Assembly: GCF_963921235.1 (NCBI RefSeq)
Contig: NC_086099.1
Location: 116,994,001-117,058,000 of the forward strand
Origin: Mobula hypostoma
Taxonomy: Eukaryota
Direction of reading: 5' to 3'
DNA: 64,000 nucleotides
Of the stretch, positions 35,780 to 48,130 are shown in pieces. The translations under genes were made by a program, and so were the position numbers. The stretch's first letter is position 1. Each line of letters opens with the position of its first letter. A model generated the notes under the pieces. That model saw only the letters and a list, made by a program, of their open reading frames with translations. It was not told the DNA's origin and did not search any database.

Positions 35780-36046
35780 TTTTATTTACTTATTGAGATA
35801 CAGCATGGAACAGGCCTTTCTGACCCTCTGAGCCTCGCTGCCCAGCAATCCCCTGACTTCTCCCTCGCCTAATCACGGGGCAATTTACAATGGCCTATTA
35901 ACCTACCAACCGGACTGTGGGAGGGAACCGGAGCACCCGGAGGAAGCTCACACGGTCACGGGGAGAACGTCAGACAGCAGTGGGAATTGAACCTGGTTGC
36001 TGGTACTGTAAAGCACTGTGCTCATCTCTAGGCTACCATGTTACCC
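35780..36046 (-). mobile_element. tRNA-derived V-SINE (HE1-like)
   Basis: On the minus strand: B-box-like GGTTCAATTCCC, V-domain-like TCCGGTTCCCTCCCACA and GGTTAATAGGCCATTGTAAATTGCCCC, A-rich tail. A related plus-strand copy lies at ~40070-40309. Confidence 0.65.
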
Positions 36047-36429
36047 CAAAGAAATCATCTGCCTGTGTTTGGTCCCTGCTGTTGGATGTGGAGATGATAT
36101 TGTCCAGGACATTCTTCTGAAGTCAGGAACAGTTGTTTTGTTGGATATTCATAACAAAGAAATACAGAAAAACATTGCCAGCAAGTAACCGTAACCAATT
36201 CACTCCAATAAAGAGCTTGTCTCATGGTCGTTCTTTATACTGGCAACGAGTTGAAGCTGGACAGGTAAGGGAATTGTCTCTGATACGAACAGTCTATGAG
36301 ACAGTAAGGACGTTGCCATGACATCTCAGGCTCACAGGAAAAGAAATTACAGAAGTCCAGAACCAGCTATATTACAAACTATTGAAAATCTACAGGCAAG
36401 CAAGTGACACGAAGTCTGAGTGGGCATGT

Positions 36430-37110
36430 GCCGGTTGTGCATGCAGCCTGTTACAGCCGTTCCGATCGGATTTTTACTTTTTTCTTCTTACTTTTTAATT
36501 TATGTTATTTTTTGTTTTTTTTTCACGGTAACACGTCGAAGCTGCACCCTCTCTAACATGCTGGTAGAGAGAGTTTTATTTGGGTTTTTAGCGCTGGAAA
36601 TAGTTGCATTCCGACACGCGGGACAGAAGCATGGTCGCATTGTTCATTCCAGGGACCAGCTGCTTGTGTTAATGCAGGCAGGTTTAGCGAGCAGAGCGGC
36701 GGACACCCCTGCTGAAATCTGGAGGAAAACACACAGAGAATGCAGAGGAGAATCACAAAAGGGAGGAAAGAGGACCAGGTGGAGACAACAGAGACTTATG
36801 AAGAAGAGGAGTTCGGTGGGTAATAAAGTGGATGAGTTCACGGCGCTAGCTAGGCATCAGAGAACATTTCGGGAGTGCAGTGTTATGTGTTTCACTGGAA
36901 CGGGGCTGCACGAGGACATACCCGATCAAATCTTCTTCATGGACGGCTTCCAGACCATTCCGGCTGACCGGAAGTGCACTGAGAGCGGTAAGTGTTAAGG
37001 AGTTGGGTGCTTACTATTCTGATTAACAACAGATGGTGCAATCCAGGTCATATTATGATCGAGGAACATGTTTGTAGACCAGATATTGAACATTTTACTG
37101 TTGGACTTGG
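36430..37110 (+). mobile_element. Rex1/Babar-like LINE 5' region (endonuclease start)
   Basis: ORF 36420-36998 includes HSRDQLL, NKVDEF, FRECSVMCFTGTGLH and DGFQTIPADR, followed by LINNRWCN. Confidence 0.65.
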
Positions 37111-37775
37111 ACCACATTCCACCGAGATTCAACACTGGGTGGCACGGGAGGTCGTTCCTGCCTGTGGCCATCGAACTTGCAGCTCCTCCCATGGAGGGTC
37201 AGACACCCTGAGCCAATAGACTGGTCCTGGACTTATTTCCATCTGGCATAGTTTGTATTTTGTTGTTTGATTGTTTGTGGTTTTTTTATTGCTATATTTA
37301 TGCTCTATTCTTGGTGGTGCAGCTGTAACGAAACCCAATTTCCCTCGGGATCAATAAAGTATATCTATCTATCTATCTATAATACAAATGTTTAAGCATA
37401 AAGAAAGTAAAAGTACAAGAGAAGTAAGTTACCTTTGATTCTTAATTTAGATTCTAATCCAAAATTCCCCTCCCTCAGCACAGTCCAAGGATTCGTGTCA
37501 GACTTGTCGCTGTTAGAAAAGGTCAGGGTCGAGTTGAATCTTTGTAGCACTATGGTTCACAGTGCTGAGCGCTCGTAGGCCAGGTTTGTGTAAAGACTGT
37601 CACTCAGGGGAACTGTTAGAGGGCTGTGATATGCAGCATTGGTAACCAGCACTGGAAAGAATCAAACTGGGGATGTAAGTGTGTTCGGAAAATCTTGGAT
37701 AGGTTACTGGATAGCTTCACTTACTGGATGTTACTGTGCTGCTTGTGACTGACTGATACTGCTCTCACTTCATAG

Positions 37776-37901
37776 GGAATGGAAGTTAAGACAGACCCTG
37801 GAACACAGAATGAGGAGGAAGAGGAAGAGGAGGTGCGAGTACTGACCCTCCCTCTTCAGGCTCATCATGCAATGGAGAAGATGGAGGAGTTTGTGTACAA
37901 G
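37776..37901 (+). CDS. ADIPOR1: ADIPOR1 coding exon 2
   Basis: CATAG acceptor; GMEVKTDPGTQNEEEEEEEVRVLTLPLQAHHAMEKMEEFVYK; donor AAG|GTACTG. Not present in the ORF track. Confidence 0.95.
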
Positions 37902-38189
37902 GTACTGTCCTGGTAACATGTTTAACAAATAGTAATGGGGTAGACCACACAACCTTTTCCACTCAGCCTGCTGTAAGACTGTGCTGACACTCCGAATTCC
38001 ACTTTCCCATCTATTCCCCATTCCCTGTGATTTCCTTGGAGACTTCTTCTGATTTGCATCTGAAAGTCTTACTGATCTGAGCTTCGCCCAGTGGTTCAGT
38101 ACGTTCAAACCTTATCCCAAACTCAAATTCACAGCCTTCTAAGGAATTCCAAAATCTTGCCACCCACTCAGCTGTAAATCGCTCTAGAC

Positions 38190-38269
38190 CAAGGGTTCCC
38201 AACCTGCAGACAACGGACCCCTCGGCTGATAGAAGAGCTCTGTGGTATTAAAAAAACTGGGAACCCCTG
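38190..38269. mobile_element. Short hAT/Charlie-type MITE
   Basis: TIRs CAAGGGTTCCCAA / CTGGGAACCCCTG; a related decayed copy lies at ~56957-57035. Confidence 0.55.
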
Positions 38270-39410
38270 CTCCAACCTCCTGGCATCCTTCTCAAAATCT
38301 TGTGGATGTTTGGTGAGATTGTATCATCTTACTAAGACAATCTTATTAATCTTTTCCACTGGAGAAATGGCCCTCAAAATAAGAATTGTGAATTATTCAG
38401 ATATCATTATGCTGTGCCTCCACTGATTTGTCCTGCCTTGGGCTCATAAGCCAAATTACACACAGCACTCTGCCTAAAACCCTTTTTCAAGTTTTTTGTC
38501 ATGGGCATACATACCCAGGGTTTATTTGCCATTTTTTTTGCTGCAGCAGCAGCAACACAATACATGACAACCATAAATTACATGAGTTGACAAAAATTGC
38601 GCAGAGCCTCAGGCAAGGAAGGTAAGGTTGCCGAGGTCACTTCTCAGAGCACTAGGACGTTACAGCAAGAGTTTCTCAGGGCACTGTCCTAGGTGCAACC
38701 ATCTTCAGCTACTTCCTCAATGATCCACCTACATCACTTTTGTTTCCACTGACAACTCCTCAGCAAATGAAGCAGACCATGCCTGAATCAAAGACCTAGA
38801 TGACATTCAGGCAAGTGCTGATTAGTAACAATTAACATAGTTGCTACAAAAGTGCCAGGTGATGAACTGTTCCAATAAGAAAGAGTCTAACCACCTTCTC
38901 TTGACAAACTATCGCCAAGTTCCCCACCATCAGCCTTCAGGAGCACCATAAAGTCAGCTGGGCCATCATCATTGTCATTATGTGCCATGTCATATCATGT
39001 AGGCGATCATAGTCTTTAGTTGTTTCCTGGTTGTGGATATCCGTCCTTCCACGTATTTTCATCCTTCTTCTCAAAAACCATAGTTCTGCTGCTTCGAGTC
39101 TTCCCTCGTTTTGCTCTGATACTGTCTAACCCTCAGTTCCATACGTCAGTGTGGAATGAACGTAGCACCACAACAGTCTGAGTGTCATACTCAGAGAGAT
39201 TGTTATTCTGTAGTACCTTACTCAAACGTACCAAATGCTCAGCTGGCAGACCTATAAATACTGCAGCTATGACAGCAGATTGATGGTGGCAGGGAACTCC
39301 ACACCTGACATTGTACTGCCTACAAGGCACAGGATAGGAGTGAGGTGGACTGACCCCCTCCCTGGTGAGTGCAAATCCAAAAATATTCCACACCATTGCA
39401 GACAAAGGCA

Positions 39411-39650
39411 CCTGGGCATCTATTTCTACAACCACAGCACCCCGAGCATCTATTTCTACAACCACAGCACCCCGGGCATCTATTTCTACAACCACAGCAC
39501 CCCGGGCATCTATCTCTACAACCACAGCAACCCGGGCATCTATCTCTACAACCACAGCAACCCGGGCATCTATGTCTACAACCACAGCACCCCGGGCATC
39601 TATTTCTACAACCACAGTACCCCGGGCATCTATTTCTACAACCACAGTAC
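39411..39650. repeat. 30-bp minisatellite, 8 copies, in an ADIPOR1 intron
   Basis: Unit CCCGGGCATCTATTTCTACAACCACAGCAC in exact 30-nt register. Confidence 0.95.
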
Positions 39651-40794
39651 AATCTGCACAAGGCACTGCCGTTGGTCAGCTGGGTTATTCCAGTAGCTGC
39701 TGGCATGACCTCTGTCGCCAGCACCAAAAAGAACACTGGGACAATGCCGGCTGGCACATAAGACGACTCTCACACACTATCCTTGTCTGGGAGGAAGTCA
39801 CCGGTTCTTCATTGTAGCTGGGTCAAAATCCATCAGCTCCTCCATTTCCAACAGCACTGTGAGGGTGCGTTCCCCGTAAGAACTGCAAGATTCAAGAAGT
39901 CGCCTACGATCCGCCCAAAGGGTGGACAGTAAACGTTGGTTCTCCAGTGGTATTCATGTCCTGTGATCAGTTGTCATAGCGATTTCTCTGAGTGGAACAT
40001 TTTGCTACTTTGCTGTGGCACCCCTATGCTAAAACATAAACATCATACTTTCTCCTTCACCAAGACCCTGAGCTACTCGCACAACGCTTTACTGTCCCAG
40101 CGACCCAGGTTCATTTCTGCTGCTGTCTGTAAGTAGTTTGTACGTTCTTCCCATTTCCTCCAATAATCCAAAGATATATTAGCTGGCAGGTTAATTGGTT
40201 ATTGTAAATTGTCTCGCGGTTAGGCTAGGGTTTAATCGGGATTGATGGACTGCGTGGCTTGAATGGCTGGATGCGCCAGTTCTGCACTGTATTTCAATAA
40301 ATAAATAAAGATGTATGACTTTGTTCCTACCCTATGTCCTCAGTCACTGAAAATCTTATGTGGTCTTAATATCTCAGCCTCCACCATCCATTAGTTCTGG
40401 GACACCCAAACCTGCCAACTAAATTTTAGCACCTTTAATCCCCATCCCTGACAATTTCTAACATAATGCATTGAGCAGACAACAAACTGCTGGAGGAACT
40501 CTGGGTTCAGCAGCATCTGGACCCGGAATGGACGGTCAAGACCCTTCATCTGGACCCGGAATGGATGGTGAAGACCCTTCATCTGGACCCGCTGAGTTCC
40601 AACAGTTTCTGTTCTTATTGCTTCAGATTCCAGCGTCTGCGGTCTCTTCCCGAAGTGTCCTGAATCCAGAATCATTGTCCACAGGGTGAGATTTGCCTGC
40701 AATAATGCACGGATTACAAATACATCCCCAGGCTGTGATTTGCTTCTACTGTGGAAGGCATTCTGAGATAAAAAGGAAGCATTGTGTGTTTCAG

Positions 40795-40966
40795 GTTTGG
40801 GAGGGCCGTTGGCGAGTGATCCCTTATGATGTGCTCCCCGATTGGCTGAAGGACAATGACTATCTCCTTTATGGACACAGGCCACCAATGCCCTCTTTTC
40901 GAGCTTGCTTCAAGAGCATCTTTAGAATCCACACAGAGACCGGTAACATCTGGACGCATCTCTTGG
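40795..40966 (+). CDS. ADIPOR1: ADIPOR1 coding exon 3
   Basis: TTTCAG acceptor; VWEGRWRVIPYDVLPDWLKDNDYLLYGHRPPMPSFRACFKSIFRIHTETGNIWTHLL; donor G|GTAAGG; 172 nt. Confidence 0.97.
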
Positions 40967-41956
40967 GTAAGGGAAAGAATGAATTCGTAAGTCTAACTTG
41001 CAGCTGTTCAGTCGCTAAGCGGCCACATAGTGAAGTACAGAAACAGCTTTTATCTTTGACTAATTGTAAGAAGCTGTAAATAGTTGTTCTGCTTTTGGTA
41101 ATGAGATTATTGTAGCATTCTACAGCATGGAAGTAGGCTCTGTAGTCCATTTGTCGATGCTAACCAAGGTGTCTAACCGAGCTGGTACTATTTGCCTGCA
41201 TTTGGTCCACATCCCTTGAAAATTTTTCTGTCCATGTACCTGTGTAAGTGTGATGGACATTGTAAATGTATCTGCCTCTGCAGTTTACTCACTTGACTCC
41301 TCCCATAAACCCTCCACCCTCTGAGTGAACGTTTCCCCTCCCCCCAGATCCTTTTCAAATCGTCCCCTCTCACCTTAAATTTCTGTCGTCTAGATTTAGA
41401 TTCTCCTGCCATGGGGAAAAATGACTACAACCAATCACCTTATATATAATTTTATTTCCCTCAATAAGGTGACCCCTCAGCCTCCTGTGCTTTGGGGGGG
41501 GGGGGTTGGGGGGTGGGTCCCAGCCTCTCATAATAAATGAAGCCTTCCAACCCCAGTAACATTCCTGTGAATCTTTCCTGGCTCTTTGCCAGCTTAATGA
41601 CACCTTCCTACTAGCTTGGCAACCAGGGCTACACACAATACTCTAAGCTGCAATTCATCCAGTTTTAAGTTCAAAGTAAATTTATTATCAAAGTACATAT
41701 ACAACGCTGAGAATGAATGAGGGCATGTAGAGGTGAGAATGCATGACCTGGGGAGGGAGAAGAATGGTGAGAGGAAGGGGAAACTTTTATCCAGATCTAT
41801 AGACAACATCAGGCTTGCAGTGAGTTCATGCTTTTGGTCAGCTGTATTATTCACAAGAAGCATCTTTGCTGAGAGAACTGTAACAGTTTTTTTAATATAA
41901 TTTAGTGTCTGATGTATATATTGGTGAACAAATTAGTAACTGCAGCTTTTTCGCAG

Positions 41957-42143
41957 GTTTTGTCTTTTTCTTGGGTCTGGGAATCCTGACACTCCTGAGG
42001 CCCAATATGTACTTCATGGCCCCCCTGCAGGAAAAGGTGGTCTTCGGAATGTTCTTCCTGGGAGCTGTCCTCTGTCTCAGCTTCTCCTGGCTCTTCCACA
42101 CAGTGTACTGCCACTCTGAGAAAGTCTCCAGAACATTCTCCAA
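41957..42143 (+). CDS. ADIPOR1: ADIPOR1 coding exon 4
   Basis: TTTTTCGCAG acceptor; FVFFLGLGILTLLRPNMYFMAPLQEKVVFGMFFLGAVLCLSFSWLFHTVYCHSEKVSRTFS; donor AA|GTGAGT; 187 nt. Confidence 0.97.
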
Positions 42144-43203
42144 GTGAGTACTGGGGACCCAGGCCCTGCGTATTGACGTACACTCTGACTCTTGTATCAG
42201 AGGCAGGGGGATATAGGTGTGTTTGATGGGGGAATACACCGTTGTGATGAGGATTGGGTGCACAGATGCCAAACACAAGGGTAAGAAGGTGAATTGAGCT
42301 ATTAGTGGTAATGAATCATATAGAACAGTATCGGAGTCTCCAGCCCACTGTCCACTGCCATCATTAAACACCCATTTCAGTATCCCATGTTTATCTCCAA
42401 GCTTTCCCATTTGCTCCCTCCAAGGTTGTATCCTTTAACTGAATAGTCGGTACCAATTAGCCTACCAGTCCATGCATCTTCTGGGCAAGAGAACTGAAGC
42501 ACCTGGGAATACCTGCACAGTCAGAGCTCCTCGGCACCAGAAGTCAGAATTGAAGCCAAGTCGCTGAAGCAGTGATTCAGCTGCACTACAAGTAGGGTGG
42601 CATTAGTGATTGGTAACCTGGGGGTTGGGTTTGGATCCCACTCAATCTCTGCAATACATTACCAGTGCAACTGGTCGTGATCCAGCCTGGATATGTCTTA
42701 TTCAATGTGAGATGTCAGTGTTCTCCACAGGCTGATACGTTCTTTCATTTTGCTGCATGTGCTCACTGATGATTGATTCCCAGTCCAGCGTCATCTCAGT
42801 TTTAAAATTCCCTTCCCTGATTTCCAGTCCTTCTGGACCGACCCCTCCCTCTCGCTGAATGGTCTCCATTCACACAATCTGAGATCTCTATGCTTTTCCA
42901 ACAAACTCTATTTTAATCATATCAGTACTGGCACTTGTACATCCAAGACCTGGGTTCTGGAATTTAAATTCTAAATCTTCATGATCCTCATTCCCTCTGT
43001 CACCTCTCCTAAAAACACTCCCCTTTGACTGAACCTGCTAATGTGGCCGAGTATCATACACATCCGTGTAATGGGTCTTGGGATGTTATATATTAAATAC
43101 ATTACGTAATGGAAATTAGTGTAATGTCTGCTCTTCTCGTGCAAACACATGCAAGTGTAATCGAGCACGTGGTTCATCTTCGTGTGTTGCTCTTTGTTCC
43201 CAG

Positions 43204-43391
43204 ATTGGACTATTCAGGAATCGCCTTGCTCATTATGGGCAGCTTCGTGCCCTGGCTGTACTATTCATTCTACTGCTCCCCCCAGCCCCGCCTCATCTAC
43301 CTCGGCATTGTTTGCGCTCTAGGGATATCAGCCATTATCGTTGCTCAGTGGGACCGATTTGCAACACCTAAGCACCGGCTTACAAGAGCAG
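43204..43391 (+). CDS. ADIPOR1: ADIPOR1 coding exon 5
   Basis: TTCCCAG acceptor; LDYSGIALLIMGSFVPWLYYSFYCSPQPRLIYL...WDRFATPKHRLTRA; donor G|GTGAGG; 188 nt. Confidence 0.97.
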
Positions 43392-44154
43392 GTGAGGGCG
43401 TTATGATGGAGTAGAGAAACAGTACTTGGGCTATTTCACCTATTGATCATCTTTACCGGTTCAGGATTTTGTATTCTGAGGACAAGGTGGAATTTTGTGC
43501 CAGCGTTTTCCCTTCAGCCACTCAGTCTGACTTTGTTCTCCCATCCTATTCAGCTGGACATCAGGTACGTTGGAGACATGAAAGACTGCAGCCGCTGAAA
43601 CCCTGGAGGAACTCAGTGGGTCAGGCAGCATCTATGGAGGGAACTAGATATCAGTGTTCTTCTTTGAGACCCATCATCTGGACTGAAAGATAGAGGGGAG
43701 GTGGTCAGTATAAGGGTGAAGGGAAGGGATGGATCAAGAGGTGGCAGCCTTGAGTGAGTTGGAGGTGATGGGGTAGGGAAAGTGGCAGTAACATCAGAAC
43801 CCGAGGGGGTGGGAGGGAGAGGTGGAGGTGACAAAGGGCTGAAAATGATGGACTCTAATTGGAGTGTGGAGGGTAGGGCAGAGCAGAATACTGGGGGAGG
43901 GGATCTTGATTAGAAAAGGAGTAATTCACAAAAAACTGGAGACTGTATCCGTCAGCTTCACTTATGCCACAATTTCGCAAATTGGCAAGTTTCCATATAT
44001 AATCAAAGAATGTGTGTCTTTGGCATTGTACACTGTCACTGTATGCTGTGTGCAGAATCTGAGTTCACCATGGTGTGTACATTGCAGTCCACACACATTA
44101 CATACACCACTGTATAGAGTAGGCAAATATCGAGTGTATGGAATGTACAAAAGA

Positions 44155-45155
44155 TTTATAGAACACTACAGCACAGAAAAGGGTTCTTCAGCCCATCTAG
44201 ACAATGCCAAACTGCTCTTGTGCTGCGTCCCAACGACCCACACCTGGACCATAGCTCTCTATACCCTTCCCAACAATGTAGTTATCCTAATTTCTGTTAA
44301 ATGTTGAAACTGAATCCGCATCTACAACTTCCTCTGGCAGCTTGTTACACGCTCGTACCATTCTGTAAGTGAAGAAATTCCTCCTCAGGTTTCCCTTAAA
44401 AATTTCATCTTTCACCCTTTAGCTCTAGTGTCACCCAACCTCAGTAGGAAGGAGCCTGCTTTCACCTTTCCCGAAAATTCCAGGTCCTCATGTCCTGGAA
44501 AATTTTACAATCTTTTAAAACTTTCTCTATATTCTTTCAATCGTATTGGTATCTCTCCTGTAGGTAGGTGATCGGAACTGCACACAATACTCCAAATTAG
44601 GCTTCGCCAACATCTTACACAATTTTCAACTCCTGGACTCAATACGGTTATTTATGAAAGCCAACTTGTCAACACCTCTCTTTACAATCCTATCTACCTG
44701 TTCTGTATTTTTTCTTCCAGATCTTTCTGATCTACCACACTCCACAAAGCCCTACCATTTACTGTGTATGTCCTACCCTGGTTTGTGCAACACCTCACAC
44801 ATGTCTGTGTTAAATTCCATCTGCCAATTTCAGCCCATTTTTCCAGCTGGTACAAATCCCCACCTGCAAGCTTTGATAGTCTTCCTTTACTGTCCACTGC
44901 ATCCCCAATCTTGGTGTCATCCACAAATTTGCTGATCCAGTTTATCACGTTATGCAGATCATTGATATAGATGACAAACAACAACAGACACACCACTAGT
45001 CACAGGCCTCCAGTTAAAGATTGAACCATCTACAATCACTTTCTGGCTTCTCCCACTTAAGCCAGTGTCAAATCCGGTTTACTACCTGCTCCCACATGCT
45101 AAGCAACTGAACTTTCTTGTCCAGACTTGGGACTTTGTCAAAGGCCTTGCTGAAG
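44155..45155 (-). mobile_element. Decayed CR1 LINE fragment
   Basis: ORF 44694-44996 LLFVIYINDL...ISKFVDDTKIG; CR1-type 3' end near 44160. Confidence 0.75.
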
Positions 45156-46640
45156 TATATAGTATAAAATTTAAGGTTTATATCTTACATCAAAAGTTAT
45201 AGATATTTGCAGACATATCTGCCCCTTCAAGCATCTTGGCTATTCAAGATCATTTACGTCAGTGCCATTTTCCAGCACTATCTCTATACTGCTTGTTTCC
45301 TGAAATTTAGAAATTAATTCATCTCCATTTTAAATTCACACAATGACTCAGTGTTCACAGGATCTCAACAGTTCACTGAAGACATTTCTCACCTCAGTCT
45401 TAAATAGCCTTATTCTCAAATTGTGCTTGTGGTCCCCTCTGCATTTGCCTGAGGAACTCTTTAAAAAAATTTGTGAGTTTTGATGAGATCTTCTTTTATT
45501 CTTGTAGACCATAGGGAATAATTCTCCCCCACTTTTGGAAACAGTCCAGTGAATCTTTGCTAACTCTGTCTTTTGTGGGTATCGAGACCAAAACTTACAC
45601 AGTACTTCATGTATAGGACCTTTTACAATTGCAAGAAGACTCCCTTACCAGCTCTGCTAAATATGTGCTGCACTATAAGACCAGCCTTACATTAAGACTT
45701 TCTTACCCTCCTCTTCCCTCATCCCACCCTCATGACTTCCAAGCCCTTCTGTCTGGTTCCTCACCACTTTCCCTTTATTCCTTGGCCCGCTGTCCTCTCC
45801 TGTCAGCTTCCTTATTCAGTCATTTACCTCTTTCACCTGTCAGTTCCCAGCTTCCCACATCACCCCTCCCCCATCTACCCTCCTCCCCCTCAGCTGGCCA
45901 TACCTACCACTTGCCAGCTTGTACTCTTCCCCTCCCTCCATTTTCTTATTCTGGCTTCTCAGGTTGGTTCAAGGGGGCAGGAGGATCTGTTTATTCCCGC
46001 ACATTGCCTTCTGCCCAGTTACCTATTCCCTATCCACCGTATGATGTATGTCAAACAAAATATCGGTCATTGTACTTACTGAACCTTAGCCAAGTTAATA
46101 TTCATTCTGCTCTTTCATTTCTTGAGGCCCATTGTTGCTTGCAGCACTTGCGTTATCAAAAGCCTTTTGTCAGTGCACTTAACGTCAATTGTGTGATCTT
46201 GTTCTGCTATCTCCACTACTTCATCAAAAAAGAAGGAAATGTTAATCAAATTCAGTTTTAACAAATGCAAACAGGCTGCCTTCCTTTACTGCAAATTTGG
46301 CTAGGTAGTTTTTTTTATTCTCGTGGATTTTTAATTCTGAATCACTGAAGTCAGGCTAAGTATTCTCTGGTACTGCTTCAAACCAGTGGTAACATGCATG
46401 GTCCAGAGTGTATTAATGCATAACTTACAACATATGTAGACTTCATTCAAAATATGCATAATTTGTGACTGAAGCAGTCAGTGTATGTACAGTGTGAAGA
46501 GTCTTTTGTAAAATATGTGTAATTGATGTGCAAAATGTGTAAAATTGCAGTGTGTACAGTCCATGTTGGTGTGTTAGGCTATGTTCTCGTGAGTATGTGC
46601 GCATTGTGCTTTGCATTTATTCTTCCATTCATTTCCACAG

Positions 46641-46834
46641 GGGTGTTTCTGGGTCTAGGCCTGAGTGGTATAGTACCCACTCTACATTTTACTATCGCTG
46701 AAGGCTTTGTAAAAGCAACAACTGTTGGACAGATGGGCTGGTTTTACCTGATGGCGGCGATGTACATCACTGGGGCTGGGTTGTATGCAGCTCGCATTCC
46801 AGAACGCTTCTTCCCTGGAAAGTGTGATATCTGG
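46641..46834 (+). CDS. ADIPOR1: ADIPOR1 coding exon 6
   Basis: TTTCCACAG acceptor; VFLGLGLSGIVPTLHFTIAEGFVKATTVGQMGW...YAARIPERFFPGKCDIW; donor TGG|GTAATG; 194 nt. Confidence 0.97.
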
Positions 46835-48001
46835 GTAATGTACAGTTAAATTCCTAACAGACTTTCCCACTGTAACTGGTCCCAACCTGTATCAGATTCC
46901 AGAGGGGCTAAGTTCTTCCAGTCACAAGCACCCCAGATTGTCACTCTATTTTCTGTAGCTTGTACCGGTTCTGTGTTGGTGCATTTAGTAGAGCCACTAT
47001 CTCACAGATCCAGTGATCTGCTTTCAGTCCTCACTTCCAGTGCTAACGATGTTTGATGTTCTCCCAGTTCCTCTGGTTTTCTGCCACATCACACTGACAC
47101 CCCTAATTTAAACTTTTCCCCAGTTCAGGAATGCTAAAGTCCTGATCTCAAAACAGGTCAGGAATCAAGTGCTGTGGTAATGTGCACAAAATGCAGGAAG
47201 AACTCAGCATTTATGGGGAGAAAATAAAGAGCTGATGTTTTGAGCCAAGTCTGGTAAGGAAGGGGGCAGATGCCAGAATAAGGTGGGGGAGGGGAGGTGT
47301 ACAGTTGGTCGGTGAAACCAGGTGAGAGGGGATGGTTGGTGGTGGAGAGGGGGAAAGGGTAAAAGGCTGAATAAGAAAGCTGCTAGGAGAGGACAGTGAA
47401 CCAAGGTCTAAAAGGAAGTTGGTGGCAAACCAGATGGAGGTGATGGGAGGGAAACAGAAGGGTAGAGAGAGCCTCCGGATAGCTTGTGAGATACTTCTCC
47501 AAGCCACCTAAAGTTCTGTATGTTGTAAGTAAATACATTTATTTTAGCTATCAATCAACTTGCCTCAACCAGAGCAGTGTGGGTACTAGACGTACTTGAA
47601 CACAAAATGTAGCTTATGACTATGTAGGTGACTTTCTAAGATGTGTCATCAAGTAGAAGCCACTTCTGATCTTTCTGGTTGTCTTAAAGTCCCTGGTAAC
47701 GTTAATGAACAGGGGACCTCTCTCAGTATTCTGACCATGATTTGTTCTTCAAATCTAAAAACAAAGCCTGCTTTTGATTACATTGCAGTTTTAATGGCCA
47801 TACAGTGCCCAAATTGGCCACCACATTTCCTGTAGTACCTGACTTCAGAAAGATTTCCTCGGCCGTGAATGGCCTTTGGACGTGCTGTGAAGCACAATGT
47901 AAATGTAACTTGTTTGAATCAGTTAATGTTGAGCAGTAAGTACGTCTGCTTGTCTTTCCTTCCCCCATCACTAACCAACACTTCTAATTGTCTTTGCTCA
48001 G

Positions 48002-48130
48002 TTCCAGTCGCACCAGTTGTTCCATGTGCTGGTGGTGATTGCAGCCTTTGTTCACTTCCATGGAGTTTCCAACCTGCAGGAATTCCGATATGGGCTCGAA
48101 GGAGGTTGCACAGACGACTCACTGCTCTGA
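48002..48130 (+). CDS. ADIPOR1: ADIPOR1 last coding exon
   Basis: TTTGCTCAG acceptor; FQSHQLFHVLVVIAAFVHFHGVSNLQEFRYGLEGGCTDDSLL*. Spliced CDS 1125 nt (374 aa). The PAQR zinc-site motifs (SWLFH, LDYSG, HQLFH) are intact. The C-terminus LEGGCTDDSLL is ADIPOR1-type. Confidence 0.97.
   Translation, partial: FQSHQLFHVLVVIAAFVHFHGVSNLQEFRYGLEGGCTDDSLL

Noticed and set aside
39320-39757. Cys-rich metallothionein- or keratin-associated-like ORF
   Set aside because: Translation of the 30-bp minisatellite; five frames are equally open and it is intronic.
43600-43690. Further Penelope-type termini (also ~31190-31330, ~47180-47250, ~51350-51430) as ribozymes
   Set aside because: The CUGANGA and/or GAAA cores are too degraded to call hammerheads.
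45629-46261. 210-aa Pro/Ser/Leu-rich ORF
   Set aside because: Produced by a pyrimidine-rich repeat tail inside an ADIPOR1 intron.
32568-48130. Alternative assignment as ADIPOR2
   Set aside because: Diagnostic segments (EEEVRVLTLPLQAHHAMEKMEEFVYK, RPNMYFMAPLQEK, RYGLEGGCTDD) match ADIPOR1.
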